From the NCBI GenBank assembly GCA_963761085.1, contig CAVXFQ010000003.1, forward strand, positions 111,026 through 175,025: 64,000 bases of DNA, in the 5' to 3' direction. The position numbers and the translations under genes were made by a program. Source of the stretch: an uncultured Actinomycetota bacterium (GTDB lineage: Bacteria; Actinomycetota; Actinomycetes; Propionibacteriales; Nocardioidaceae). This document shows, piece by piece, positions 46,930 to 56,687 of the stretch; the stretch's first letter is position 1, and the number at the start of each line of letters is the position of its first letter. The notes below the pieces were generated by a model. The model was not told the origin of the DNA, did not search any database, and worked only from the letters and a program-made list of their open reading frames with translations.

Positions 46930-46992
46930 GGTCGAGTTGTCGCGCGTCGACATGTCCCGCCGTTCTCCCCCCGGTGTACGGCGGGACATGTC
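46930..46992 (+). repeat. hairpin element with C6 loop, copy 2
   Basis: GGTCGA-N11-TCGAC running into a 15-bp stem gacatgtcccgccgt/acggcgggacatgtc around tctccccccggtgt. Confidence 0.6.
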
Positions 46993-47532
46993 TTGACTCG
47001 TTGGGCTTCAACCGAGCCGCCCGAGCGACTGAAGGCAACGACGTTACGCCGCAGGACCTCGGGTAGAACATGACCGAAACGGGCCACGAGTCGCGGCGAT
47101 GGTCCTGGCGATGGTCATGGCGATGCCTCCGGCGTCACGGGTTACGCCAGAGGCATCGCCTACGAGCGTAGGTCGCCGATCAAGCTCCGGCATCGTCCGA
47201 TGTGGTGAGCCCCCCTCACCCCGCCGGACGCCATTCATGAAGAGGAAGCGACGGCATGGGGTCCCGCTGGGGACCCTTGGCCCGAGCCCAGCGGAGCCCA
47301 TGCCGTCCAGGACGTCCTGACCCGGCCCGGGAGGCAGGCCCGAAGCGAATCAGCGTTGTCCGTTGAGGCTCGTGGCTGTGGACCGCTTCGCCCGATGTGC
47401 CCGGGATGATCGAAGCGGGCCGCGGCGACCCTCACAGTGCGGCTTACCCAGTGATGAGACCGACCAAACTCTGCGGCGCAGCAGTCCCGGTGCCCTTCGC
47501 CTGCCGAGGCCCCCAACGCGTGTCTGAGTGAC

Positions 47533-47569
47533 GAAAGCCCCTGATCCTGCGCCATGCAGGTCAGGGGCT
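47533..47569 (-). terminator. intrinsic terminator downstream of the tRNA fragment
   Basis: minus strand agcccctgacctgc-atggc-gcaggatcaggggct followed by ttc. Confidence 0.65.
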
Positions 47570-47579
47570 GTCTCTCGTT

Positions 47580-47600
47580 GTTGGCGATACTGGGTTTGAA
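47580..47600 (-). mobile_element. att site: displaced 3' fragment of tRNA-Val
   Basis: minus strand TTCAAACCCAGTATCGCCAAC resembles the T-loop/acceptor 3' end of actinobacterial tRNA-Val (TTCGAxCCCAGTATCGCCCA); 167 bp from the integrase. Confidence 0.7.
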
Positions 47601-47767
47601 GTGTTGAGGACGGGGCTACCACGACGGTCGTTCTGACGTCCAGTTTCGCGGTAAACTCCCAGGTCAGAGGGCCTTTCGGGGTGGGACAGGTCGAGACACA
47701 TCCGGACAGGTGTGGACCGCGCTATTCCTCGTATGTTCCACGAAAGGCGATACTGGGAGGACAAAAG

Positions 47768-48911
47768 TTGGCTCGGGCGCAGCAGCGGGCGCGGCGCAAT
47801 TTCGGTCGGATCGAGCGGCTGCCCTCGGGCCGCTACCGCGACGGCTACACCGGCCCGGACGGTCAGCTCTCCCGAGCCCCCACCACCTTCGATGCCAAGG
47901 ACGACGCCATCGCCTGGCTGTCCGCTCGGCGCGCGGAGATTCAGATGGAGGTCTGGGCACCCGACGACGCGAGCCGGGTGCGAAGCGGCGCGAGTCGCCG
48001 ACCTTCGGGGCGTACGCCGACCTCCGGCTGGAAAGTCGGAAGACCAAGGGCCGCGAGCTGCGGCCGACGACCCGTCGGCAGTACCGGATGCTGCTCGACA
48101 AGTTCATCCTCCCGACCTTCGGCGACCAGCGGATCGACCGGATCACGAACGAGGACGTCAACGCCTGGTACGACGACCTGGCGCCCGGCCGGGAGACGAT
48201 CCGGGCGCAGTCGTACAGCCTGCTGCGCACCATCTTCGCCAGCGCGGCCTCGGAGCGATCGACGCCGTTCATCCCGTACAACCCCGCGCGCACCAGGTGC
48301 AGCCGGCGACGCTGGCCGAGCTGGAGACGATCGTCGCCGAGCTACCGACCGCTACCAGGTGATGGCGCTGCTCGCTGCCTGGTGCGCGATGCGGTTCGGC
48401 GAACTGACCGAGCTGCGCCGCGGCGTCGTCGACCTGCGGGCCAACCGGGTGAAGATCCGTCGCGGTGAAGTCCGCGTGGACGGGAAGTTCATCGTCGGAC
48501 CGCCGAAGAGCGACGCCGGAAGCCGGGACGTAGCCATCCCGCCGCACCTCCTGCCGAGGGTCAGGGACCACCTCTCCCGGCACGGCGCCGGGCAAGGACG
48601 CGTTGCCATTCCCGGCAGCTGCCGACGGCAACCAGCACATGGCGCCTTCGACGCTCTACAAGGTCTACTACCCGGCGCGGAAGGCGGCGGGACGTCCGGA
48701 CCTGCGCTGGCACGACCTGCGCCATACCGGCGCCGTTCTGGCTGCCCAGGCCGGTGCCACGCTCGCCGAGCTCATGGGTCGTCTGGGTCACTCCACACCA
48801 GGAGCGGCGTTGCGCTATCAGCACGCCGCCGCGGACCGCGACGCGGAGATCGCGCGGCGCCTGTCGGCGCTCGTCGGGGTGTCGGACCTGGCTGGGAAGG
48901 TGGAGCCATGA
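47768..48911 (+). pseudogene. int: L5-like tyrosine integrase, at least four frame breaks and an apparent short deletion near 48290
   Basis: GGAGG RBS + TTG; RRNFGRIERLPSGRY arm-binding domain; MRFGE, PPKS, WHDLRH, LGHS and LRYQH catalytic motifs. Confidence 0.8.
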
Positions 48912-49110
48912 ACGACGGCGCGAAGTGGGGCCGTGGAGTTCTGCGACGGCTCCGGCGACAAGAGAACGCTTCGAGAGCTGGATGGACAGTCTCGAGGCGG
49001 TCGAGATAGAGGCGCCGGCGCCGGCGGCGACGGCACGCCATTCCTCTTGCTCGGCTCCGCCACGCGGGGACCCGGCACGATCGCGTTCCCGGGTCGGCGG
49101 CAGATCGGCT

Positions 49111-49422
49111 TCAGGACAGGCTGCGAAGTTGGTGTGCCAATGGGCCGAGCTGGTGGTCGACGATGTCGAGGACGAGATCGGGATTCACCCGGAAGTACTC
49201 GTGGACGACGATGTTGCGCAGCCCAGCGATCGAAGCCCAGGGAACATCGGGCATGGCGTCGCGGGTCGCGGGCGGGAGCGCCCGAACCGCCTCTCCGATG
49301 ACTCCGAGGTTGCGGAGCACGGCGTCGTACGCCATCGATCCGAACTCGTCGGAGTACTGCGTAGCTCTGGCATCGATCGATCGCATTGAGGATGTCGGCG
49401 AACGCTCTTCTCAGCGGATCAC
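49111..49422 (-). CDS. hepT: HepT-like HEPN RNase toxin (DUF86), 5' end frameshifted
   Basis: DAVLRNLGVIGEA, PWASIAGLRNIVVHEY (R-X4-H-x-Y). Confidence 0.85.
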
Positions 49423-49739
49423 ACGGCCACCGAGTCGGCGAGAGCACTGGCAGAAACCTCGCCCCGCAGCAGCGATGCGGTCACCACGTCGACGCGGGTT
49501 CCCAGGAGTCCGCTCAGTTCCTCCGCGATGCCGGCGACGCGAAGAAGCTCGTTGCCTCCGCCGGGCATGAGGTCGACCAGGAGATCGATGTCGCTCTCGG
49601 ACGTCGCATCACCTCGGGCCACGGACCCGAAAACTCGGGGGTTCGCTGCCCGGTAGCGCTCGAGGATCGTGTCGAGGGCATCGCGATGCGCGGCGATCGC
49701 TGCACGCAGCGCCGCGCTCTGGGCAGACTCGATGCTCAT
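49419..49739 (-). CDS. mntA: MntA minimal nucleotidyltransferase antitoxin
   Basis: FGSVARGDATSESDIDLLV (GS-X10-DxD); GTGA overlap with the HEPN gene. Confidence 0.9.
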   Translation of the reverse strand: MSIESAQSAALRAAIAAHRDALDTILERYRAANPRVFGSVARGDATSESDIDLLVDLMPGGGNELLRVAGIAEELSGLLGTRVDVVTASLLRGEVSASALADSVAV

Positions 49740-49830
49740 GAAATTAGGGTAACGGGCGCACGTTGCGCCGGGCATGGGCTGCCGCCACACCACTTCGCGC
49801 GGCAGGCCGTCGCTCCTCGAAGTGAACCCG

Positions 49831-50925
49831 TCACACCAGGTCGGCGAGCAAGGTCGCTCCGGGAAGCAGCGAACGCGCCGAGGGTCCGGCGCTCCACGAC
49901 GACCGGTTCGTGTCGATGAGGTCGAGTGCTTGGAGTTGATCGGACAGGCGGTGGAGTTCGCGCTCGACGTCGTGAGTGGTGATCGGTCGGCCGCCGCGCT
50001 TCCAGCCGTGGCCCAGTAGATCGAATGCCTCGGTGGCGAGCTGCGGGACCTGCATCGGGCCGTGGGCCTCGAGCAGGGCGACCGCGCGCTCGGCGACCAT
50101 GGTCGAGAACTCCTGCGGGGCGAACCAAGACCGGAGACGGCGTACGGTTTCGTTCTCGTTCCTAGCGGCCTTGGTGGTACGCAGGACGCCGCTGGCAAGA
50201 CGTAGCAGGCCGACGTGACGCAGGAGGTCGTGGAGGACGGCCAGCGGGTAGAGGTCCTCCTCGATCGAGGCGGGCCGCCCCAGCGGGTACCAGCCCGGGC
50301 GGTGCTGCTGTACGGCGCGGACCACCGACCGCGGTAGTCGGCCACCGGGGGTGAGCTTGACGCCGTCGGCGAGCAGGTCGAGGACCAGCCGGACACTCTC
50401 GGGCACGACGCCGACCGCATCGCGAACCCGCCGCGAGGTGGTCTCCTGGTCGAAGGGCCGCAGGCCGTCCCGGACCCAGGCGCTCATCGTCTCGTGCTCG
50501 GGATGGCGGTCATCCGCGAGCGCCTCGAGCAGCTCGGCGTAGCCGTGTGGGCCGCCGCAGTCCTCCGGGGGGCAAGCGCCCTCGCCGCCGACGCATCCGG
50601 GCAGGTCGTTGCCGCGACCGAGCACCTCGATGTCGTGCTCCCATCCGTCGCCGAAGTCGTAGGCGTAGACGAAGCTCTTCGGCAGTGACGACAGGGGCAC
50701 GCCCCGCTCGTCGACCTCGCGCTCCTCGTCGTCCCACTGCTCGAAGGGGACCGCGTAGGTGGCGTCGTCGGTGCGGAACTGGTGCAGGTGGGAGTCGGTC
50801 CAGCCGAGCGCGGCCTGCAGGACCTCGTGCAGGTCGTCCAGGGTGATGGCGGCGGGTACCTCGAACACGCGCTCCACCTTGGGCTCCACCTCGCGCAGGG
50901 TCACCCGCAACCTGGTCGTCCTCAT
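49831..50925 (-). CDS. pRiA4b ORF-3 family protein with C-terminal extension
   Basis: LHEVLQAALGWTDSHLHQF, YAYDFGDGWEH, GACPPEDCGG. Confidence 0.88.
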   Translation of the reverse strand: MRTTRLRVTLREVEPKVERVFEVPAAITLDDLHEVLQAALGWTDSHLHQFRTDDATYAVPFEQWDDEEREVDERGVPLSSLPKSFVYAYDFGDGWEHDIEVLGRGNDLPGCVGGEGACPPEDCGGPHGYAELLEALADDRHPEHETMSAWVRDGLRPFDQETTSRRVRDAVGVVPESVRLVLDLLADGVKLTPGGRLPRSVVRAVQQHRPGWYPLGRPASIEEDLYPLAVLHDLLRHVGLLRLASGVLRTTKAARNENETVRRLRSWFAPQEFSTMVAERAVALLEAHGPMQVPQLATEAFDLLGHGWKRGGRPITTHDVERELHRLSDQLQALDLIDTNRSSWSAGPSARSLLPGATLLADLV

Positions 50926-51998
50926 CGAGGTGCTCCCCAGCCGGGTGCACCGCAGCACTTCTTGTACTTCCGGCTGGAGCCACACCAGCACGGCTCGTTG
51001 CGTCCTGGTGGCCAGGGGATCGTCCGTGACGGGTCCCGCCCCAGGTCGGCGGCGTACCGCGCCCGCAGCTGGGCCGGATCGTCCTCGTCGGGCTCGTGAT
51101 CGGCGACCCACTGATCGAGCTCGGCTGCTCGGAGGGGAGCGATGAACAGTCGAGCGGCCCCGGTCTCGCGCAGTTCGCGCAGCCGCCGCTCCATGCGTCG
51201 GCAGTAGACGGCATGGGGGACCGAGCCGCCGTGCTTGTCGTCCTGCACCAGGTCGCTGTCGGCCAGATCCGGCCAGCGTGTGGGCCAATCGGGAAATTCG
51301 TCCGCGGGCAGCCAGGCCACCGTGAGCGGCATCATCCCCGTCGGCTCCCGGCGCTCGCTGGCCATCTGTCTCACCTGGTCCACGAGCCGGACCGTCTTGC
51401 CTATCGGACCACTCGGCGTGACCGGCTCTGCGGTCTGCAGGTCGTCCTGCTCGCCGCCCAAGGCGGCCAAGGTCGCGGCGCGCAGGTCGCGGAGTTGTCC
51501 GAGGAGGCGTTCGGGGTCACCCGTGCGAACGGCGAGCTCGAGCGCTCGGGTCAACCACGACAGCGCCGCTTCGTGCTCGCCGATCGCGCCGTACTCCAAC
51601 CCTGCGTTGTTGTAGACCCAGACGTCCTCTGGGGTGTCCTGAGCGACGGCATCCCAGATCATCGCCGCCTCCTCGAGCCGGCCGTGCCTGGTCAGGATCT
51701 CGGCGCGGCGGCAGCGCGGATCCGGTGCGCAGGCGTACCCCTGCTCGGCGAGCACATCGGCGTGCCGCAGTGCGTCCTCGACCCGGCCGAGACGGTCATA
51801 GGTCTCGGCAAGCTCGCTGTGCAGCTCGAGCACGTCGAGGTACTTGGCCGCTTGCGCGTCGCCCTGGCAGGCCGCCACCGCCCGCTCCAGCACCTCCGCG
51901 TAGGCCTCGGGCGGGCCGGAACGAGCCCGACTGATTTCCCGATCGAGCTGATCCATCTCATCGGTTCGCACCGCTACATCATTCCGCGCGGTGCCCAT
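50922..51998 (-). CDS. TPR-like protein with C-terminal SEC-C zinc motif
   Basis: helical repeats (VYNNAGLEY...ALSWLTRALEL); WPPGRNEPCWCGSSRKYKKCCG. Confidence 0.85.
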   Translation of the reverse strand: MGTARNDVAVRTDEMDQLDREISRARSGPPEAYAEVLERAVAACQGDAQAAKYLDVLELHSELAETYDRLGRVEDALRHADVLAEQGYACAPDPRCRRAEILTRHGRLEEAAMIWDAVAQDTPEDVWVYNNAGLEYGAIGEHEAALSWLTRALELAVRTGDPERLLGQLRDLRAATLAALGGEQDDLQTAEPVTPSGPIGKTVRLVDQVRQMASERREPTGMMPLTVAWLPADEFPDWPTRWPDLADSDLVQDDKHGGSVPHAVYCRRMERRLRELRETGAARLFIAPLRAAELDQWVADHEPDEDDPAQLRARYAADLGRDPSRTIPWPPGRNEPCWCGSSRKYKKCCGAPGWGAPR

Positions 51999-52213
51999 GC
52001 CGGATCAAGTGGGGCGTCGCTACTCGTGCGGCTCGTCAGCCGGGTGAGATGGTCGCCGCGTGCTCGTGCTGATGCTTAGGCGGCGGAGTGACGAAGTTGA
52101 GATCGCGCCGACATCCGGTATGACTGGACCTCGTGGAGACGTAACGGCTCCATTGTTTCCCGAGCACAACCCGGGGACCTTTGCCGGGGTCGCGGAAGGA
52201 GTCCCGCGGAACC

Positions 52214-52639
52214 TCAGCGAATGCCGGTGTCGCAGCGGACGTCGGTCTCGGCGTATGCGCCGGACGTGACGCGTCGGGTCATCCGGGTGCAGGACATGCC
52301 GGCGTCGGCGGTGACGACGTAGGTTCCCGGGCGGAGCTCGATGCGGTACCTCCCGGCCCGGTCGGTCGTCGTTCGAGCGACGACGCGTAGCCCGGCTGAA
52401 GATCCGGAAGGGTAGACCCGGGCGATGGTGACGGTGGATCCCCGGGCCGGCCTGTCCTCGCACGGACGTGTCTGGTTCTCGACGGGACAGGTGGGGCCGA
52501 GATGGACAACGCCGAGGATTCCCGACCGCGCGCGGGTACCTCTCGTCGGATTTCCGTCAGCGGTGGAGTGGCTCCGGTCGCCACATCCGGTCAGGAGCAG
52601 CGCGAGCACCAGGCCCGTCAGACACCTGCGTGTTCCCAT
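52214..52639 (-). CDS. lipoprotein with carboxypeptidase-regulatory-like domain
   Basis: lipobox LLTGC; GPTCPVE, TTDRAGRYRIELRPGTY, CDTGIR. Confidence 0.75.
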   Translation of the reverse strand: MGTRRCLTGLVLALLLTGCGDRSHSTADGNPTRGTRARSGILGVVHLGPTCPVENQTRPCEDRPARGSTVTIARVYPSGSSAGLRVVARTTTDRAGRYRIELRPGTYVVTADAGMSCTRMTRRVTSGAYAETDVRCDTGIR

Positions 52640-52765
52640 GCGGGATAGACGGCCCATCGCCGTCAGCGGTTCCGCACGCTCGATGTGCGCGGCCCCCGAC
52701 CGCGCCCGGCAGAAGCCGAGCGGCCCGGTCCGTGCAGCTGACCGGGCCACTCGGGCGTAGAAGGG

Positions 52766-54517
52766 TCAGCGCAGTCGCATGGCCCAGATGCGGTTGCCCC
52801 AGTTGGCGTTGCCGTCACCTTCGTTGGGGATGTACTGGGTGGCCAGCCAGACACGGTTGGTGCCTTGGACGATCTGTCCGTTGGAGTAGTCACCCCACCG
52901 GCCGACGCCGCCTTGCGCCTCGGTCCCGGTGAAGCCGTTGTCCGAGGTAACGCCGGACTGGATGACCCTGATCTGCCTGAACCCGTGGCCCGGGGTCGCG
53001 ACGGAGGTGGCGGCGGACAGGAAGGTGTTGGGACCACCGAGCCCGAACGCCATCGCCATGCTGCCGTTCTTCGTCATGTTGATGTGGGGGTAGAGCAGCC
53101 CGAGCCCGCGGCTCGCCAAGTAGCCCTGGCGGGCGACGTGCGTCGACCCGCTGACCATGCCGTTCTTGACGGCGGCCTCCACGACGAGCCATCCGATGCC
53201 GGCATCGGGTCCGTTGTCCCCGCTGACGTTCACCCCGGTGCCCATCGCCCCCACAATCACTCCGTTGATGTACTGCGTCTCGAACATGGCGTCCGGGCCA
53301 CTGTCGACCAAGCCGGTCGTGGGCTCCCCGCCCTCGGCGCAGGCGTTCCCCGAGCAGAAGCCGGGCGGGGTCTGTGTCGGCGGCTGCGGGAAGTAGCCCT
53401 CGCTGGAGACGATCCGGCTGCTGAGCTCCGGCATCCCGCCGCGAGCGACGGCGCCTCGATGCGTCACGGCCCAGACTGCGACCCGGTTGTCACCCGCACC
53501 CGTCGGATCTAGGGTGCTCAACGCGAACTCCGCCGGCGCCGTCTTCGGCTCCAGCGCCCACTGCACCCGGAAGGCCAGGGTCCCGCCGGCCTGGAGGTTG
53601 TCGAAGGCGGCCTCGTGGACCGACGGCTTGCCTGCCGTCAGCTCGGACTCCGGGAGAATGTAGAGTTGAGCCCCGTTGTAGTTCTGCAGGTTGCTGGTGA
53701 ACTCCTGGGTGCTGATGTAGACATTCCGGCCGTCCATGCCCAAGATCGGGTAGTCCCCCAGGCAAGGGCAGCCCCCGTGCGTCGGGCTGGAGGCATCGAC
53801 GTGGTAGACGTTCCACGCCCCCGTCGGGTTGCTCGACCGGCTGGCGGCCACATCGACGTGCGACTCCGTCACGGCGGTGAAGTCGCTGTTGAAGGTGTAC
53901 TCGATCATGGTGGCGAACCAGTGACCCGTGTTCGCGTCGAAGTAGACCCGCGGGTCCGAGGTGTTGGCGGCGGGGTCCTCGCCGAAGAAGGGGTTCAGGT
54001 AGAACGGCCCCTGCACCATCCCGCCATGCGTGTTGTAGATCGCGCCGGTGACGTTGACGAAGTTCACCACGTAGCCGTTGCCCGCTCCCAGACCTTCGTC
54101 GGGTGGCTCCAGATCAAACGCCGTCGCAGCGTTCTGGATCGCGTCGACCCCGTCGAAGTTCGCCAGCAGCTCGCCGGAGGAGCGCCGCGTCAGCCTGTGG
54201 GACGACACCTTCGGGACCTGGACCCCTCGAGCGGGGGCACCGGAGCGAGGCGGCGGGGCGAGACGGGGCAGCAGGTGCCCGCGCGTGGGGCGCTGGCCCG
54301 CCCGCAGCGTGGCGCTGCCGGGACGCGACACCTTGACCAGCCGCAGGGTGCGCTGGTGCCCGTTGGCGTACGGGTGCGAGACGACCACGGAGCTGGTCGT
54401 CCTCGAGGACCCGGTGGCCGCATTCACAGTCGGCTGTCCGTAGACGGTGACCAGGGCCACCGCGGCAACGCCCGCTGCGACCGCGCCACCTCGAGACTTA
54501 CGACGACTTGATGACAT
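52766..54517 (-). CDS. secreted hypothetical protein (PPD / SDP / DYP / RWGDYS family)
   Basis: long intact ORF with signal peptide; EPPDEGL, SDPRVYFD, CPCLGDYP, RWGDYS, NWGNRI. Confidence 0.75.
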   Translation of the reverse strand: MSSSRRKSRGGAVAAGVAAVALVTVYGQPTVNAATGSSRTTSSVVVSHPYANGHQRTLRLVKVSRPGSATLRAGQRPTRGHLLPRLAPPPRSGAPARGVQVPKVSSHRLTRRSSGELLANFDGVDAIQNAATAFDLEPPDEGLGAGNGYVVNFVNVTGAIYNTHGGMVQGPFYLNPFFGEDPAANTSDPRVYFDANTGHWFATMIEYTFNSDFTAVTESHVDVAASRSSNPTGAWNVYHVDASSPTHGGCPCLGDYPILGMDGRNVYISTQEFTSNLQNYNGAQLYILPESELTAGKPSVHEAAFDNLQAGGTLAFRVQWALEPKTAPAEFALSTLDPTGAGDNRVAVWAVTHRGAVARGGMPELSSRIVSSEGYFPQPPTQTPPGFCSGNACAEGGEPTTGLVDSGPDAMFETQYINGVIVGAMGTGVNVSGDNGPDAGIGWLVVEAAVKNGMVSGSTHVARQGYLASRGLGLLYPHINMTKNGSMAMAFGLGGPNTFLSAATSVATPGHGFRQIRVIQSGVTSDNGFTGTEAQGGVGRWGDYSNGQIVQGTNRVWLATQYIPNEGDGNANWGNRIWAMRLR

Positions 54518-54882
54518 CGAGAACCCCCAGAGCTCAGGCGGGCTGCCTCCATGGCGCGGTGCGGCCGTGTGAACAGCCTGCGTTCTACCAGCGTGCATAC
54601 ACCCGGGCCCCGACGTGGTCAATTGCCCCAAGGGGTGGGCAACCCAAGGGCGCCCTCGACCCACGTCGTGAGGGACACCAGCACCTGTCCGAGCCTCGGC
54701 GGCGCACTGCCGGTGCTTCCCTCAGCGACCAGCCACCCTCCACCATGCCGACGCGGTGACCCCCACTGGCACCAGAGAGATACCCGATGCTCGCCCTTCC
54801 GGTGCGACGCATCTGTGACTCGCTGCGCTCTGGCGAGGCGTGCGGCTCAGTGGACCCGTCCCTGACCGGGGACATCCCGCCG

Positions 54883-55353
54883 TCAGGCACCCCACGGTCC
54901 GGCCCGCCGATAACCGGCGAACATCGCGCAAGCAAGGCCCACCTGGACCACTCCCGCTGCGCCCTGCACGACCAGATACCAGTCCGGACCTTCGGCCGAC
55001 AGGTGGCCTGAGAGCTGAAGAATGGTTACCGGCACCCTGGCCAAGCCAGCGGCGAACGCCAGCAACAGCAGCCAGAAGAGCCATCGCCAGCGTCTCGTCA
55101 CTCCGAATCCGAGCACGGCCAAGAACCCCAGAAGACCGGCCAGAAACGCGAGCACGGCCACCGTGCTCGTTCCCAGCGCTCGGGGGAGCGTCACCTCGCG
55201 GACGGCCTGCGACAGGAGGAGGAAGAGGCCGAGAACCAGCCACGCAAGCATGAAGAACCCGAGCGCCAGGCCCTGCGTTCTGTTGATCGCATGTGCCGGG
55301 GCACCGGAGCTTCCCTCCGGCTCGTTGCGTGTCGGCACTCCGTCTGCGTTCAC
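54883..55353 (-). CDS. hypothetical membrane protein
   Basis: four hydrophobic segments. Confidence 0.65.
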   Translation of the reverse strand: MNADGVPTRNEPEGSSGAPAHAINRTQGLALGFFMLAWLVLGLFLLLSQAVREVTLPRALGTSTVAVLAFLAGLLGFLAVLGFGVTRRWRWLFWLLLLAFAAGLARVPVTILQLSGHLSAEGPDWYLVVQGAAGVVQVGLACAMFAGYRRAGPWGA

Positions 55354-55552
55354 AACGTCTAGATCGTGTCACAGGCAGAGCATCGAGTTCCGGTGTCGCG
55401 CGCGCGTGCCGTTGGGCGCTTCCGATCAGTGGCACCAAGGCGGCGACGTGGATTACTACCGCGAGCAGTAGATCACTCAACCGGGTGATGTACTCGGGCC
55501 GAGCCCGCTCGTATCTTGGGCTCGTACCGGACACGAGGTGGAGGAATGTCTG

Positions 55553-56029
55553 ATGCCGAGGAGCCGGCCACCGGGGGCACTTCGGGTGCAACGGAGCATG
55601 AGCGCGACACCAAAACAGGCCTGGGATCTCATCGCTGACATCACGCGAATGGGCGAGTGGTCGCCAGAAACCATCGCTGCCGCCTGGCAGGGAGGGGCCA
55701 CAGGGCCCGCCCTGGGGACCCGCTTCAAAGGCACGAACCGGAATGGCTCGAAGCAGTGGCGATCCACCTGCACGGTGACGGCGTGTGAGCCCGGACGGCG
55801 GTTCGCCTTCCATGTCTCGATCGGCCCCTTCAATGTGGCGGACTGGGCGTACGAGTTCGAGCCGACCGACGACGGATGTGTGGTCATCGAGCTGTGGGAG
55901 GACCGCCGTGGAGCCCTGGTGACCTGGCTCGCACCAGCCATCACCGGGACAACGGATCGGGCAAGCCGAAACCAGGAGACGATGACCGTGACCCTCGACA
56001 GGCTGGCCGCTGCTGCAGAGAGTTCTTGA
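55553..56029 (+). CDS. SRPBCC/polyketide cyclase family protein
   Basis: WDLIADITRMGEWSPE, RFKGTNR, EPGRRFAF. Confidence 0.87.
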   Translation: MPRSRPPGALRVQRSMSATPKQAWDLIADITRMGEWSPETIAAAWQGGATGPALGTRFKGTNRNGSKQWRSTCTVTACEPGRRFAFHVSIGPFNVADWAYEFEPTDDGCVVIELWEDRRGALVTWLAPAITGTTDRASRNQETMTVTLDRLAAAAESS

Positions 56030-56240
56030 ATCGACAGGTCCCAGCGGCCTTGCCACGCCACGGGCGAGGATCGGACCCAGACCCTTCAGAAGGTGCGACC
56101 TGGATGTCCGACGCCCGGAGAGGTGGGCTGTTCAGCAGCGCCCGCGCGCGGTGGTGTGACGCGGCTGGAGATCGCGCCCTTGGCCGGCGGAATGCCGCAG
56201 GTCCCGAGCACGGCTGCTTCGGTGGCCCGGCGGAGGGACG

Positions 56241-56504
56241 TCAGCGTTCCGGGTCTACGAGCAGGTCGATCGCGACCTCGTCACCCGCACCGCGTCCCGT
56301 TCGCTTGCGGGTCTCGGCGTTGAACGAGACCAGGTATCGGCCGCCCATCACCCCGACGGTCGTCTTGTAGGTGTAGGTGCCATCAACGGTGACGATCACC
56401 GGAGCCCGCTTGCCCCGGCCGAGGGACATGACCATCTCCTCCGGCACCACAGTGCCCACGTTGTTCCCACCCGTGGCTTCCAACACGGTGTGAAAGCTCG
56501 GCAT
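56241..56504 (-). CDS. DUF1905 domain protein
   Basis: VPEE..LG.GKRAPV.VTVDG.YTY.TTV..MGG. Confidence 0.8.
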   Translation of the reverse strand: MPSFHTVLEATGGNNVGTVVPEEMVMSLGRGKRAPVIVTVDGTYTYKTTVGVMGGRYLVSFNAETRKRTGRGAGDEVAIDLLVDPER

Positions 56505-56687
56505 ACGGGCCTCCTCCCAACCGGCAACCATCCGGAGGGAGATGACTGTGACCACGCAGCGGCCACCGCCCATCCCCAGGGAGAGAACCCTGCCATGCCG
56601 ACTCGCGGCGGAAGGACGCGGGCCGAGCAGGCTCGAAATCCCGGCGGAAGACGCATGGGAGGGCGTCCTACCCGGGGCGAGTGAGTG

